Positions 40,813 to 51,241 of a stretch of DNA of 64,000 nucleotides are shown here, piece by piece. The stretch comes from Candidatus Spongiisociaceae bacterium (lineage in GTDB: Bacteria; Actinomycetota; Acidimicrobiia; Spongiisociales; Spongiisociaceae), in NCBI GenBank assembly GCA_965219685.1, contig CBDCOH010000002.1, positions 2,496,001 to 2,560,000 of the forward strand, written 5' to 3'. The translations under genes were made by a program, and so were the position numbers. The notes under the pieces were generated by a model that was not told where the DNA came from, did not search any database, and was given only the letters and a program-made list of their open reading frames with translations. Each line of letters begins with the position of its first letter. The first letter of the stretch is position 1.

Positions 40813-41907
40813 TTGAACATCGGCGTCGTCACGGAGACGAAGCCCGACGAGAGCCGCGTCGCGCTGACCCCCGGCGGCGTCCACGCCCTCAGGGAGGCGG
40901 GGCACCAAGTCATGATCGAGATCGGAGCCGGCCTGGGCTCCTACATCCCGGACGACGAATTCGCAGGCGCCGGAGCCACGATGACCGCAGCGGCGCAGAG
41001 CATCTGGTCGGACGCCGACATCATCGTGAAGGTCAAGGAACCTCAAGCCGATGAACTGTCCCACCTCTCCGACGATCAGATCCTCTTTACGTTCCTGCAC
41101 CTAGCCGCCTACCCGGACGTCGCCGAGGCGCTGTGCGAGGCCCGAACGACTGCCATAGCCTACGAGACGGTGCGCCGCCCGGACGGCAGACTGCCACTGC
41201 TCGCACCCATGTCCGAGGTGGCGGGGCGCATGGCAGCCCAGGTGGGGGCCCGGTTCCTCGAGAAGTCGGGGGGCGGAAGGGGCGTCCTGCTCGGCGGGGT
41301 TCCCGGGGTCGAGTCGGCGAGCGTCGTGGTGATCGGCGCCGGCTCGGCCGGTACCAACGCGGTACAGATCGCTGTCGGCATGGGAGCCGATGTCACGGTG
41401 TTCGACCTCAATCCTGACCGTCTGCGCGAGCTCGACCAGATGTACCGCGGCGCGGTGACCACCCTCATGGCCAACCGCGCGGATGTGAGGCGGGCAGTAC
41501 TGGATGCCGACCTGGTGATCGGGGCGGTTCTGCTCCCCGGCGCGAAGGCCCCCCGTGTCTTGACCGCCGAGGACGTCGAGGACATGAAGCCCGGCTCGGT
41601 GGTGGTCGACATCGCCATCGACCAGGGCGGTTGCTTCGAGACCTCCCGGGAGACCCGGCATTCGGATCCGACCTACGTGATCGACGATGTAGTGCATTAT
41701 GCGGTCGGGAACATACCGGGTGCGGTACCGCGTACGTCCACATACGCTCTGTCCAATGCGACCCTCCCGTACCTCCGCCTCATAGCCGACGAGGGCCTCG
41801 ACGTCGCCATGGAGCGCCGCCCGGAACTGTGCGAGGGTGTGAACACCCGGAACGGCGAGATCACCAACCGAGCGGTCCTGGCTGCTCTCGGGAGCACCGG
41901 GCCCTGA
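40813..41907 (+). CDS. ald: Alanine dehydrogenase
   Basis: [41 protein letters not shown]. Confidence 0.95.
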   Translation: MNIGVVTETKPDESRVALTPGGVHALREAGHQVMIEIGAGLGSYIPDDEFAGAGATMTAAAQSIWSDADIIVKVKEPQADELSHLSDDQILFTFLHLAAYPDVAEALCEARTTAIAYETVRRPDGRLPLLAPMSEVAGRMAAQVGARFLEKSGGGRGVLLGGVPGVESASVVVIGAGSAGTNAVQIAVGMGADVTVFDLNPDRLRELDQMYRGAVTTLMANRADVRRAVLDADLVIGAVLLPGAKAPRVLTAEDVEDMKPGSVVVDIAIDQGGCFETSRETRHSDPTYVIDDVVHYAVGNIPGAVPRTSTYALSNATLPYLRLIADEGLDVAMERRPELCEGVNTRNGEITNRAVLAALGSTGP

Positions 41908-41920
41908 TGGCGGGATCCCG

Positions 41921-44407
41921 GTGACCGACCCCTCGACAACGCTTCCGATCGACCTTCCCGAGACCCGGTACACGACCGGGGAATTGCCGTCGCGGGCCCA
42001 GGTCGTGGTGGTCGGCGGTGGAATCGTCGGGTGCTCGATCGCCTACCACCTCGCCAGGCGAGACATCACCGATGTTCTGCTCCTGGAGCAGAACACGCTG
42101 ACAGGAGGGACCACCTGGCACGCCGCCGGCCTCGTCAGCCAGCTGAAGGCCAGCCACAGCCTCACCAAACTTGCCACCTATACGACCCGCCTGTTCGAGG
42201 AACTGGAGGACGAGACCGGCCAGGCCACGGGTTACCGGACCACCGGATCGATTTCAGTGGCCTCGGACCAGGAGAGGTGGGAGGAGATATTGCGCGGCAT
42301 GTCCATGGCCAGGACCTCGGATGTGGAGATGGAGGTCATCGACCCCGAGCAAGCGCGCGAGATGTGGCCGTTGCTGCGCATCGACGACCTGGTGGGCACG
42401 GTCTTCATACCTGGTGACGGCCAGACCAGCCCGGTGGACACGACGATGGCGCTGGCGAAGGGAGCCAGGGACCGGGGAGTGACGATCCGCGAGGGAATCT
42501 CGGTGGAGCGCGTCCGCGTCGAGAACGGGACGGCGGTCGGCATCGAGACCGAAGCAGGCTACGTGGAGGCGGAGACAGTGGTCCTCGCCTGCGGTATCTG
42601 GACCCGCCAACTCGCTGCCTCCGCAGGAGTGAACGTACCCCTCCATCCCTGCGAGCACTTCTACGTGGTTACCGAGCCGCTCGACGGGATGCTGCCGGGG
42701 ATGCCGACGCTCCGTGATCCCACCAACTACACCTACTTCAAGGAGGAGACCGGCAAGCTGATGGCCGGTTTCTTCGAGCCGAAGGCAAAGACCTGGAAGT
42801 ACGAGGTTCCCCGGGACTTCTCGTTCGGCGCCCTCGGCGAGGATTGGGACCATATCGGACCGATCTTCGAGAGGTCCATCCACCGCATTCCCGCCCTGGC
42901 CGAGTGCGGTATCCAACTCTTCTTCAACGGTCCCGAGGCGTTCACACCCGACGGCGTCTACTACTTGGGCGAGTCTCCGGAAGTGGACAGCCTCTACGTG
43001 GCCGCCGGCTTCAACTCGGTCGGCATCCAGTCGGCCGGAGGAGCAGGCTGGGTGCTGGCGGACTGGATCGCCGACCGGCGCCCTCCGATGGACCTGTCCG
43101 CGGTCGACCTCCGCCGGGCCTTCCCATTCCAGGGTGAGAAGACCTACCTGGAGGACCGGATCTCTGAGAGCCTCGGGCTGCTGTACGCCATGCACTGGCC
43201 CTTCCGCCAGTTCGAGTCGGCCCGGGACGTGTTCCGGTCCGTTCTCCACGACCGCTTGGACGACCTGGGCGCGGTGTTCGGAGAGGTCGCCGGTTGGGAG
43301 CGGCCCAACTGGTTCGCGACCGGTGACATGGAACGCGAGTACAGGTACTCGTACGGCAAGCAGAACTGGTACCCGGCCTCCGCCGCCGAGTGCGAGGCCA
43401 CCCGCCGACGGGTCGCACTCTACGACCAGTCCTCCTTCGCGAAGTTCCAGGTACGGGGACCGGATGCCCTGGCCGTCCTGAACCACATCGGGACCGCCGA
43501 TGTCGACACGCCGCTGGGCAAGGTCTGCTACACCCAGTGGCTCAACGACCGGGGCGGTATCGAGGCCGACCTGACCGTCACCCGCACCGGCCCCGAGGAC
43601 TTCCTGGTGGTGACGGGAGCGGCCGCGGCCAACCGTGACTACCACACGCTGCGCCGGGCCCTGCGGGGCCGCGACGCCGAACTCACCGACACAACGATAG
43701 AACTCCCCACCATCGGTGTGATGGGCCCGCGGTCCCGGGCCCTGCTGGGGGCCCTGACCGATACCCCCCTCGACAACGTTTCATTCCCGTTCGGATGGTC
43801 ACGGGAGATGACGGTGGCCGGCATCCCCGTGCGAGCCCTCCGCGTCAGCTACGTCGGCGAACTGGGCTGGGAACTGTACGTAGCCGCCGAGGCCGCGGTG
43901 GACCTGTTCGACGCGGTGATGGAGGAAGGAAGGGCGCACGGGATCTATCCGGCCGGCTACCACACCATGAACACACTCCGCCTGGAGGCGGGATACCGGC
44001 ACTGGGGACATGACATCACCGACGAGGACACGCCGATCGAGGCCGGACTGGGCTTCACCATCGCGTGGGACAAGGAAGGCGGCTTCCTGGGACGCCAGGC
44101 CCTCCTTGCCCAGCGAGCCGCCGGGGTACCACCCAAACGGCTGGTCCAGTTCAAGCTGGAGGACCCCGAGCACATCGCCTACCACGACGAGCCGATCCGC
44201 CGCAACGGAGTCCTGGTCGGCCGCACCACCTCCGGAATGTACGGCCACACCTTCGGCACCTGCCTGGCGATGGGATACGTTCTCCGCGACGAGGGCGTAA
44301 CCCGCGAATGGATCGATACCGGGTCCTGGGACATCGAACTAGCGGGGGCGCGGATCCCCGTCGCAGCACAACTCCGTCCGTTCTACACCGCCAAAACCCG
44401 CAGCTAG
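41921..44407 (+). CDS. GcvT-family FAD-dependent oxidoreductase (dimethylglycine/sarcosine dehydrogenase-like)
   Basis: GGGIVG, GTTWHAAG, GPEAFTPD, GWERPNWF, SYVGELGWE, LRLEAGYRHWG. Confidence 0.92.
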   Translation: MTDPSTTLPIDLPETRYTTGELPSRAQVVVVGGGIVGCSIAYHLARRDITDVLLLEQNTLTGGTTWHAAGLVSQLKASHSLTKLATYTTRLFEELEDETGQATGYRTTGSISVASDQERWEEILRGMSMARTSDVEMEVIDPEQAREMWPLLRIDDLVGTVFIPGDGQTSPVDTTMALAKGARDRGVTIREGISVERVRVENGTAVGIETEAGYVEAETVVLACGIWTRQLAASAGVNVPLHPCEHFYVVTEPLDGMLPGMPTLRDPTNYTYFKEETGKLMAGFFEPKAKTWKYEVPRDFSFGALGEDWDHIGPIFERSIHRIPALAECGIQLFFNGPEAFTPDGVYYLGESPEVDSLYVAAGFNSVGIQSAGGAGWVLADWIADRRPPMDLSAVDLRRAFPFQGEKTYLEDRISESLGLLYAMHWPFRQFESARDVFRSVLHDRLDDLGAVFGEVAGWERPNWFATGDMEREYRYSYGKQNWYPASAAECEATRRRVALYDQSSFAKFQVRGPDALAVLNHIGTADVDTPLGKVCYTQWLNDRGGIEADLTVTRTGPEDFLVVTGAAAANRDYHTLRRALRGRDAELTDTTIELPTIGVMGPRSRALLGALTDTPLDNVSFPFGWSREMTVAGIPVRALRVSYVGELGWELYVAAEAAVDLFDAVMEEGRAHGIYPAGYHTMNTLRLEAGYRHWGHDITDEDTPIEAGLGFTIAWDKEGGFLGRQALLAQRAAGVPPKRLVQFKLEDPEHIAYHDEPIRRNGVLVGRTTSGMYGHTFGTCLAMGYVLRDEGVTREWIDTGSWDIELAGARIPVAAQLRPFYTAKTRS

Positions 44408-44524
44408 ACCTCCGAAGGGCCGGTAGTCAACGTGTCATACCGGCGGGAGCCTTTACCTGACTCTACATAAGGTCCCAATGTTTAGGGATTGTCTTTGTCA
44501 CACGGATTCGGTACAACTTAGATC

Positions 44525-45814
44525 ATGGAGAACGAACATACGCTTGGTTGGCTGGAGGACACGACCGGCCCTGGCGCCGAAACCCTTGGGGCGTCGAACG
44601 GCTCCGCCGTTCGCACCGCGGACCGGATCGCAGCCGCACTCCGGGAGTTGGAACAGGTCCGCGTCGGACCGATGTCCCGGTCCGACGCGCAACATACCCT
44701 CGGGTTGTTGAGCCGGGCGCAGTCGGTGGTGAAGTCGTTGATGTGCGACGTGACCCGCCATGCGGCCCACGGGAAAACCGACACCGACCGCGCCGAGATA
44801 CTGCGACAGGGCGCCCGCCTACCCAGCCGCGAGTCGAAGAAGATGGCCAAGGTAGCCCAGCGACTCCAGGAGATGCCCAAAGTCAAGGAACGGTTCGCCA
44901 CCGGTCAGATCACCGTCGACCACGTCAACGCTCTGGCCAACGCCGCCGAGAAGGTAGGACCCCACGAGGTGGAAGCCGACGACAGCCTGATCGAAGCCGC
45001 CGACCAACTGCTTCCGGATAGCTTCGACCGGCATGCCCGTAAATGGTCCAACGAGAAGCTGATCGAACAGGGCATCGACCCGCTGGAACGTCAGCGGCGG
45101 GCGCGAGAAGCCAAGCTCTGGGTGGAGAAGGAGACCGGGCTCGGAGTGCTGATGGCCAAACTGCCCCGCCCCCAGTTCGAGCGCCTCCGCCAAGCCATCG
45201 ACAACCACTACATGCACCACCTGCGCCGGGACGGCGCCGACGGTCAGGATCCGGACCTGGTTCGGAGCCCGAAGCAGCGTCTCGCCGATGTCGTCTTCGA
45301 ATTGTCGACCAACCGGAGCGCGGACACCGGCGAGCCCATAACCGGAGCCGTAGGTGTGAAGGCCAAGGCCGCTACGCAACTCATCCTGTTGGCACCGTTC
45401 GGGGTGGTGGACGGAACGAACCCGGCCGCTCAAGTCAAGATGACCGGGGTCGGGCCGGTGCCCCGCAAGATCCTCGAGACCCTGACACCGGACACGGAAC
45501 TCGCCGGCATGGTCTTCGACCGGGCAGGCCGTCCCCTTTGGCTGGGCCGCAAGCAGCGCCTCGCAAACGCCGCTCAACGGTTGGCTGTGGCCATCCGCGA
45601 CGGGGGATGCTTCGAGTGCGGCGCTCCCATGCACCGCTGCGAACTCCACCACATCCGGGAGTGGCACCGCGACCGCGGCCCCACAGACATCGACAACCTC
45701 GTCGCCGTCTGCCGCCGACACCACAAGTGGTTGGAAACCAACAACCTCATAGTCCGACGGACCGCCGACGGCTACCAGACCCGGCCGCGCACCGGCCACG
45801 ACCCCCCGCGATGA
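44525..45814 (+). CDS. DUF222 + HNH endonuclease protein
   Basis: PLWLGR..RLA, RDGGC..CG, HHIREW..GPTDIDNL..CRRHH. Confidence 0.85.
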   Translation: MENEHTLGWLEDTTGPGAETLGASNGSAVRTADRIAAALRELEQVRVGPMSRSDAQHTLGLLSRAQSVVKSLMCDVTRHAAHGKTDTDRAEILRQGARLPSRESKKMAKVAQRLQEMPKVKERFATGQITVDHVNALANAAEKVGPHEVEADDSLIEAADQLLPDSFDRHARKWSNEKLIEQGIDPLERQRRAREAKLWVEKETGLGVLMAKLPRPQFERLRQAIDNHYMHHLRRDGADGQDPDLVRSPKQRLADVVFELSTNRSADTGEPITGAVGVKAKAATQLILLAPFGVVDGTNPAAQVKMTGVGPVPRKILETLTPDTELAGMVFDRAGRPLWLGRKQRLANAAQRLAVAIRDGGCFECGAPMHRCELHHIREWHRDRGPTDIDNLVAVCRRHHKWLETNNLIVRRTADGYQTRPRTGHDPPR

Positions 45815-46026
45815 CTATCACACTGGACTACCACCCGGCAAGCAGTTCGTGCGCCGAGCCCAGCTACATCGTCCTCTTCCCCCGGAATCCGATAAGCCGG
45901 TCTACTTCAGGCTGGCAACGGCTGCTGCGTGGCCGTCTGAGATGCCCGCGGCGGTCAACGGATCGGCCCGGCGGGCTGTTGGCGATCAGCACTATCCTTG
46001 GATCTACCGATACGAACCCCGCGGCA

Positions 46027-47085
46027 CTAGCCGTATTCCACGGTCAGTTGCGGGGTGATGGGAACGGCCTGGCAGGTGAGGATCATGCTGTCGGCGATGT
46101 CAGCGTCGGTGAGGGCCATGCGGGCGCGGAGGTGGACGTTGCCGCGGCGCAGGCGAGCCCGGCAGGCGCCGCACACTCCCGACTCGCAGGAATAGGGGGG
46201 AGTCTCGCCGGTGGCCCGCACCGCGTCCAGCACCGTCTGTCCCTCCGACACCGCTACCGACAGGGTCGCGCCTCCGAGCCACACCGTGGCCGCTGACGCG
46301 ATGCCCGCCACGGAGTCGTCGGGCGGCGCTGCCGGGCTGTAGCTCTCCATGTGAATGCGCGTATCCGGCACGTCCAGATCCATGAGCGCGGCCCGGACCG
46401 CAGCATTCATCCCTCCTGGACCGCATACGTAGTACTGCGTGTCCTGGGCGTAAGGCGGATGCTCGTTGATGAACAGGGCCACGGACCGGGCGTCGATCCT
46501 GCCCCGCCTCCAAGGCCGCAAGGACGAAGACCGGGTGGGAGAGGAGAGAACGTGGCACACCCTGAGACGGCCTCGAGACTCTTCCTCCAACCGGGCCAGG
46601 TCCTCTCGGAATATGGTGGATCCGGCGTTGACGTTGCCGTAGGCCAAGCGGGCCACCGAGTACGGCTCGGAGGCGAGAACCGAGCGGATCATGGCGAACA
46701 AAGGCGTGATCCCACTACCCGCGCCGAATAGGTAGTAAGTGCGCTGGGCTACGGGATCCGGATCCAGGTAGAAGCCTCCGAAAGGAGGCATCACTTCGAT
46801 GACATCCCCTGCGGACACCCGCTCGTTGATGTGATTGGAGACCAAGCCGCCCTTGTGCCGCTTCACCGTGACTCGCAGAGGTGCTCCGCCCTCCGGCGCG
46901 TCTGATACGGAGTAGGGACGGCGAACCTCGTCACCGCCGAGGTCAAAACGCAGGGTGACGTGCTGGCCGGCCTTCCAGCGAAACGTCTCCCTCAACGGTG
47001 GTGGAACCTCGAAGAGCACGCTGGTGGCGTGCCCTGCCTCGGCTCGGGTCTCCGTGACCCGCAGCCGCTGGAATCCACCCTTCAC
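46027..47085 (-). CDS. FAD/NAD reductase + [2Fe-2S] ferredoxin (PaaE/GbcB-like)
   Basis: RPYS, AGSGITP, YVCGP, CESGVCGAC, LTCQA. Confidence 0.92.
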   Translation of the reverse strand: MKGGFQRLRVTETRAEAGHATSVLFEVPPPLRETFRWKAGQHVTLRFDLGGDEVRRPYSVSDAPEGGAPLRVTVKRHKGGLVSNHINERVSAGDVIEVMPPFGGFYLDPDPVAQRTYYLFGAGSGITPLFAMIRSVLASEPYSVARLAYGNVNAGSTIFREDLARLEEESRGRLRVCHVLSSPTRSSSLRPWRRGRIDARSVALFINEHPPYAQDTQYYVCGPGGMNAAVRAALMDLDVPDTRIHMESYSPAAPPDDSVAGIASAATVWLGGATLSVAVSEGQTVLDAVRATGETPPYSCESGVCGACRARLRRGNVHLRARMALTDADIADSMILTCQAVPITPQLTVEYG

Positions 47086-48227
47086 CGCTCTCGCTCAACC
47101 CAGGTCCGCACCAACTCCTGGTGACCCCGGACCCCTGCCTCCCCCATTGACGAAGGGCCGTGCTCGAAGTAGGGACTCTTGAGGGACCGCTGCTGCTGCT
47201 CGCAGGCATAGATGTCCTCCGCCATGAAGTCGCCCGAGCTCATCGGGTCGTCTCCGTCGCCCTGGTACTTGCCCGAGACGCGCCTGGCCCAGAAACCCCG
47301 TGAGCGCGCCGCTTGGCGCATGAAGGCCCGGTAGGGGGCGGCAGCGACCTTGGTGCGGATAACCACCCGCGTCCGCTCGGGAGCTAGAGGGATCACGTGG
47401 AACAGGGACCAGGAGCTCTCCGACTCACCCAGCCCGATGCCGGGAAAGAGCATCGGCACCCACGCGCCGGCCTGCTCTGCCGGGATGACCAGTGGATAGG
47501 GCGAGTTCTTCTCCACGTTCTCGGCGTAGTCCGGCGCGAGGGGCTCCCAAAAAGCGAAATGGGGACCTACGAAGCCCGCCTCGATGCGCGAGTGGTCGTA
47601 CATCGCCAATGTGCCGGAGTGGAGGTGCGCCAGGTGGTAGCCGTCGATGTAGTTCTCCACCACGATCTTCCAGTTGGCCTTGATGATGTGCTCGACACGG
47701 CCTTCCGGGTATTCGACCAGCTTGTCCACCTCGTGGGGGCCCAGGTGCGGCTCCACGTCGCCGAACCACTCCATGATGGAACCCGCGTTCTCATCGGGAT
47801 GCACCCACAGCATCCCCCGCCAAAGGTCCACCGAGGCCCTCCGCAGACCGATGCCGTCCAGATTGACGCCGGGGAACTGGCGTTCCCGGTCGGGAACGGA
47901 GATGAGGCATCCCTCCAGGTCATAGGTCCAGTCGTGGTAGGGGCAGACGATGGCTCGCTGGGTATGACCCACTGCCCGGAGCAGCTGCGTGCCGCGGTGG
48001 CGGCAGATGTTGTGAAAGGCCCGCAGCCGCCTGTCCCTTCCCATCACGATGAAGAGGTTGTTCAGCCCAGCCTGCACCGACACGTACCGGCCTGGCTCTG
48101 CCACATCCTCGGCCAAGCCGGCGCACGCCCAGGTGCGGGAGAATATGCGTTCCTGCTCGAGGTCGAACCACTCCCGTGAGGTGTAGGCCGCCACGGGCAG
48201 GATGGGCATCCGTCTGCGGTCAGGCAC
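47082..48227 (-). CDS. Rieske non-heme iron oxygenase alpha subunit (choline monooxygenase/CntA/GbcA-like); start 48227 or 48209
   Basis: CRHRG...CPYH, NWK..ENYIDGYH.AHLH, AEDI. Confidence 0.9.
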   Translation of the reverse strand: MPDRRRMPILPVAAYTSREWFDLEQERIFSRTWACAGLAEDVAEPGRYVSVQAGLNNLFIVMGRDRRLRAFHNICRHRGTQLLRAVGHTQRAIVCPYHDWTYDLEGCLISVPDRERQFPGVNLDGIGLRRASVDLWRGMLWVHPDENAGSIMEWFGDVEPHLGPHEVDKLVEYPEGRVEHIIKANWKIVVENYIDGYHLAHLHSGTLAMYDHSRIEAGFVGPHFAFWEPLAPDYAENVEKNSPYPLVIPAEQAGAWVPMLFPGIGLGESESSWSLFHVIPLAPERTRVVIRTKVAAAPYRAFMRQAARSRGFWARRVSGKYQGDGDDPMSSGDFMAEDIYACEQQQRSLKSPYFEHGPSSMGEAGVRGHQELVRTWVERER

Positions 48228-48232
48228 AGCCC

Positions 48233-48520
48233 TTATCCGATCCAGAGCCGGGCGGTCTCGGGGAAGAGATCGTAGAAGATGATCATCCCGGAGAGAACCA
48301 GCCACGTAATGCTGATCGTCCAGAAGAGGGCGGGGCTCTCCGACCGGTCGATGGTCCGCACCATGAAAGCCTGTCCCGTCGCGATGCCGCCCCAAGCCCA
48401 GTAGAGAAAGAAGACTCCCCAGACCCACTGCCAGTCGACCCAGGTGGCCGCGAGCAGAGCCGCCAGAGCCAACACTGTCAGCAGCTTCGACCGGATCGCC
48501 AGATCCAGGTAATAACGCAT
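48233..48520 (-). CDS. Small Trp-rich membrane protein
   Basis: AGGAGG upstream, three hydrophobic segments, tightly coupled to the Rieske gene. Confidence 0.7.
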   Translation of the reverse strand: MRYYLDLAIRSKLLTVLALAALLAATWVDWQWVWGVFFLYWAWGGIATGQAFMVRTIDRSESPALFWTISITWLVLSGMIIFYDLFPETARLWIG

Positions 48521-49020
48521 CTCCGGCCCCGTACCTCCTGCGCGGCGTCATGGGTTTCGGTTCTTGTGGTGGTCGGCGTTGGGGCGACGTTAATCGGACT
48601 CCTCGAGTCTTGGTAGCCATCGGGGTTGAGGAGTCCGTAGGTCACACTTCGCTTGACTTGTAGGAGGTGGTTCATGCCCCCCTCGAGTGGTCCGTTGACG
48701 GCGTTGACGGAGCTATCCCCCGGCCCTATCGAGAAGAACCCGCGACATTGGGATTAGCGTGCTCGCGGAATTGGGATTACAGCACGGAGGGACCGGTTTT
48801 CGGAGCTGCCCCGCCCTCCGCCAAGCCGACACATGCCACTCAGGTAGCGGGATCCGACGACCTCGAACGGCAACTGTGAGTCTTGTTACTACCCAAGGGA
48901 AGTTGCACAGTCAGGCTAGACGTCGGCCCTGCACGTGTCGTCGCAGCGCTACTCCCACACATCACCGAAGAGCCGCATAATCCCGCAGCCGGAGCGCTAC
49001 CGGTGGCATCCTTGGTGCCG

Positions 49021-50358
49021 ATGATCTGCAGTTTCTGTGGGACTCGAGAGGAGGCTGCCCAAGCCATTGTTGCGGGGGCGCCGGGTGCCGCCATCTGTGA
49101 CAGGTGCGTCGAGCTCGCGGCCGTGATGGTCAAGGAGCGATTGACCCCCGTCGGGGACATGGTTCTCGACAACATCGGGACGCTGGCGACCAACGACGCC
49201 CGCTTCCCGGGCACCCTGGGTCTGGTGAGCGATGCGGTGGTTGCCACTCGCCGGGGCCGTGTTGTCTGGGCCGGACCCGCCGAACGGATCCCTCAGGGAC
49301 TGGATCCGCTACCGCGACTCGACTGCGGCGGCCGAGCGGTGATCCCCGGCCTGATCGATGCCCACACCCACATGCTCTTCGCGGGCGACCGAAGCGAGGA
49401 GTTCGCCCTGCGGGCTGCCGGCGTACCGCAAACCGAAGCGGCCGCGCGCGTCGGGGGTCCGCCAAAGACCGCGCTCGCGACCCGGATGATGGAGCTTGAC
49501 GACTTCGAGGAACTCGTCGGCAAGCGTCTCGATCGGATGCTCGAGACCGGGACGACCACGGCCGAGGCGGCAGCCGGCTACACCACGGACCATCAGGATG
49601 AACTGGACCTGCTGGAGGTGGCGGGTACGGTCAACGACAACCATCCTCTGGACCTCGTGGGCACCTTCGACGTGTCCCGGCTCCCGCTCATACCCCCGGA
49701 GCGGGAGAAGGATCTGAGCCGCTTGCAGCAGGGGGTGATCCCCGAAGTGGCCGGGCTGGGGTACACGATCCGCATCGGGTACGGAAGGGGATCGCTCACC
49801 CTGGCCGAGAGCCGCCTTCTCCTCTCGACGGGGTCCTCCCTCGGAGCCAGAACCCGTCTCCACTGCGAGGACACCGCTTCGGGGGAGCCGTACCGGCTGG
49901 CCCTGGAAACGGGGGCAACGGTCGTCGATCACTGCGGAAACCTCGATCGCCACCTGGCCAGACAACTGGGTGACGAAGGCATCGCCGTGGTCGCCACACC
50001 GATCACAACGCTGGCCGAGCGCGGCTTCAGACCCCGGCTCCGGGACCTGATCAGGGCAGGAGTGCCCGTTGCCCTGGGAACGGACTGCAGTCCGGCTCCG
50101 GTGCTGGCGGAGTCCTTGACGCTGGCGATCTCCCTAGCGGTCCTGGAGATGGGCCTGACACCGGACCAGGCAGTGTGGTCCGCAACCCGGGGAGGCGCTA
50201 TCGCCCTCGGCCTACCGGACCGCGGCTGGATCGGATACGGATCGACCGCCGACCTGGTGGTGCTCGACGCTCCCAATCCCACGTACCTCAGCTACCGGCC
50301 CGGTGCCGAACTGGTCTGGAAGGTGATCAAGAACGGCACTGTCGTGGTGAGCCGTTGA
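49021..50358 (+). CDS. ClpX-type C4 zinc finger fused to a HutI-like amidohydrolase
   Basis: CSFCG...IVAG..AAICDRCV; PGLIDAHTH, GTTT, LH, DH, GTD, ADLVVLD. Confidence 0.85.
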   Translation: MICSFCGTREEAAQAIVAGAPGAAICDRCVELAAVMVKERLTPVGDMVLDNIGTLATNDARFPGTLGLVSDAVVATRRGRVVWAGPAERIPQGLDPLPRLDCGGRAVIPGLIDAHTHMLFAGDRSEEFALRAAGVPQTEAAARVGGPPKTALATRMMELDDFEELVGKRLDRMLETGTTTAEAAAGYTTDHQDELDLLEVAGTVNDNHPLDLVGTFDVSRLPLIPPEREKDLSRLQQGVIPEVAGLGYTIRIGYGRGSLTLAESRLLLSTGSSLGARTRLHCEDTASGEPYRLALETGATVVDHCGNLDRHLARQLGDEGIAVVATPITTLAERGFRPRLRDLIRAGVPVALGTDCSPAPVLAESLTLAISLAVLEMGLTPDQAVWSATRGGAIALGLPDRGWIGYGSTADLVVLDAPNPTYLSYRPGAELVWKVIKNGTVVVSR

Positions 50359-50425
50359 AACCACCCGGCGGCTCGCTCACAGGCGGGGATAGGAGACCCG
50401 GGAGTCAAGTTAACCTTGGCGCCGA

Positions 50426-51241
50426 ATGACCCGTCATCCCGCGCTGGCACACGAGCACCCGATTGCCATGGCCCACCGCGGATCGATGCTGTTGTGGCCC
50501 GAGAACACCATGACCGCCTTCCAGGAGGCGGTCGACTTGGGTTACAGGTACTTGGAGACCGATCTGCAGATCAGCCGGGACGGCGTCCTGGTGGCATTCC
50601 ATGACGACACCCTCGACCGCACCACCGACGGTTCCGGCCTCGTGTCGGACCACAGCATGGACGAACTCCGGAGACTCGATGCCGGATACCGTTTCGAGGC
50701 CGGCCGAGACTACCCGTACCGATCAGCCGGTGTACGGATACCGACGCTCGAGGAACTGGCGACCACCTATCCCGACCAGGTCTTCTCGCTCGACCTGAAG
50801 AGCGACGGCATGGAGGAGGCCCTCGTCGCAACGATCACGCGGCTCGACCTCTGGAACCGGGTCATCGTGGGGTCGTTCAGCGACGCCCGCCTCCGGCGCT
50901 TCCGTTCGCTCACCGACCGTCCGGTGGCAATGTCCGCCGGCCCCCGGGAGATTCTGCGCTTCGTGGCCGCCGCCCGCCTCCGCCTTCCCTTCCGGCCTCG
51001 ATGCGAGTCTTTCCAGGTACCCGTCAAGCAGGGGATTACGATCGTCAGCCCCGTAACCGTCCAAGCCGCTAACACGGCCGGGGTACCGATGATCGTCTGG
51101 ACCATCAACGACCCGGCGGAAATGCGGGAGCTACTCGACCTGGGTGTCGATGGGATCATCAGCGACCGGCCCGACCTGTTGCGGAGCCTGATCGAAGAGC
51201 GCAGCCAAGAAGCCGGACGCGAGAGGTCATCGGATGGGTGA
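50426..51241 (+). CDS. Glycerophosphodiester phosphodiesterase
   Basis: AHRG, PENT, ETD, FHD, WTIND, GIISDRP. Confidence 0.93.
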   Translation: MTRHPALAHEHPIAMAHRGSMLLWPENTMTAFQEAVDLGYRYLETDLQISRDGVLVAFHDDTLDRTTDGSGLVSDHSMDELRRLDAGYRFEAGRDYPYRSAGVRIPTLEELATTYPDQVFSLDLKSDGMEEALVATITRLDLWNRVIVGSFSDARLRRFRSLTDRPVAMSAGPREILRFVAAARLRLPFRPRCESFQVPVKQGITIVSPVTVQAANTAGVPMIVWTINDPAEMRELLDLGVDGIISDRPDLLRSLIEERSQEAGRERSSDG

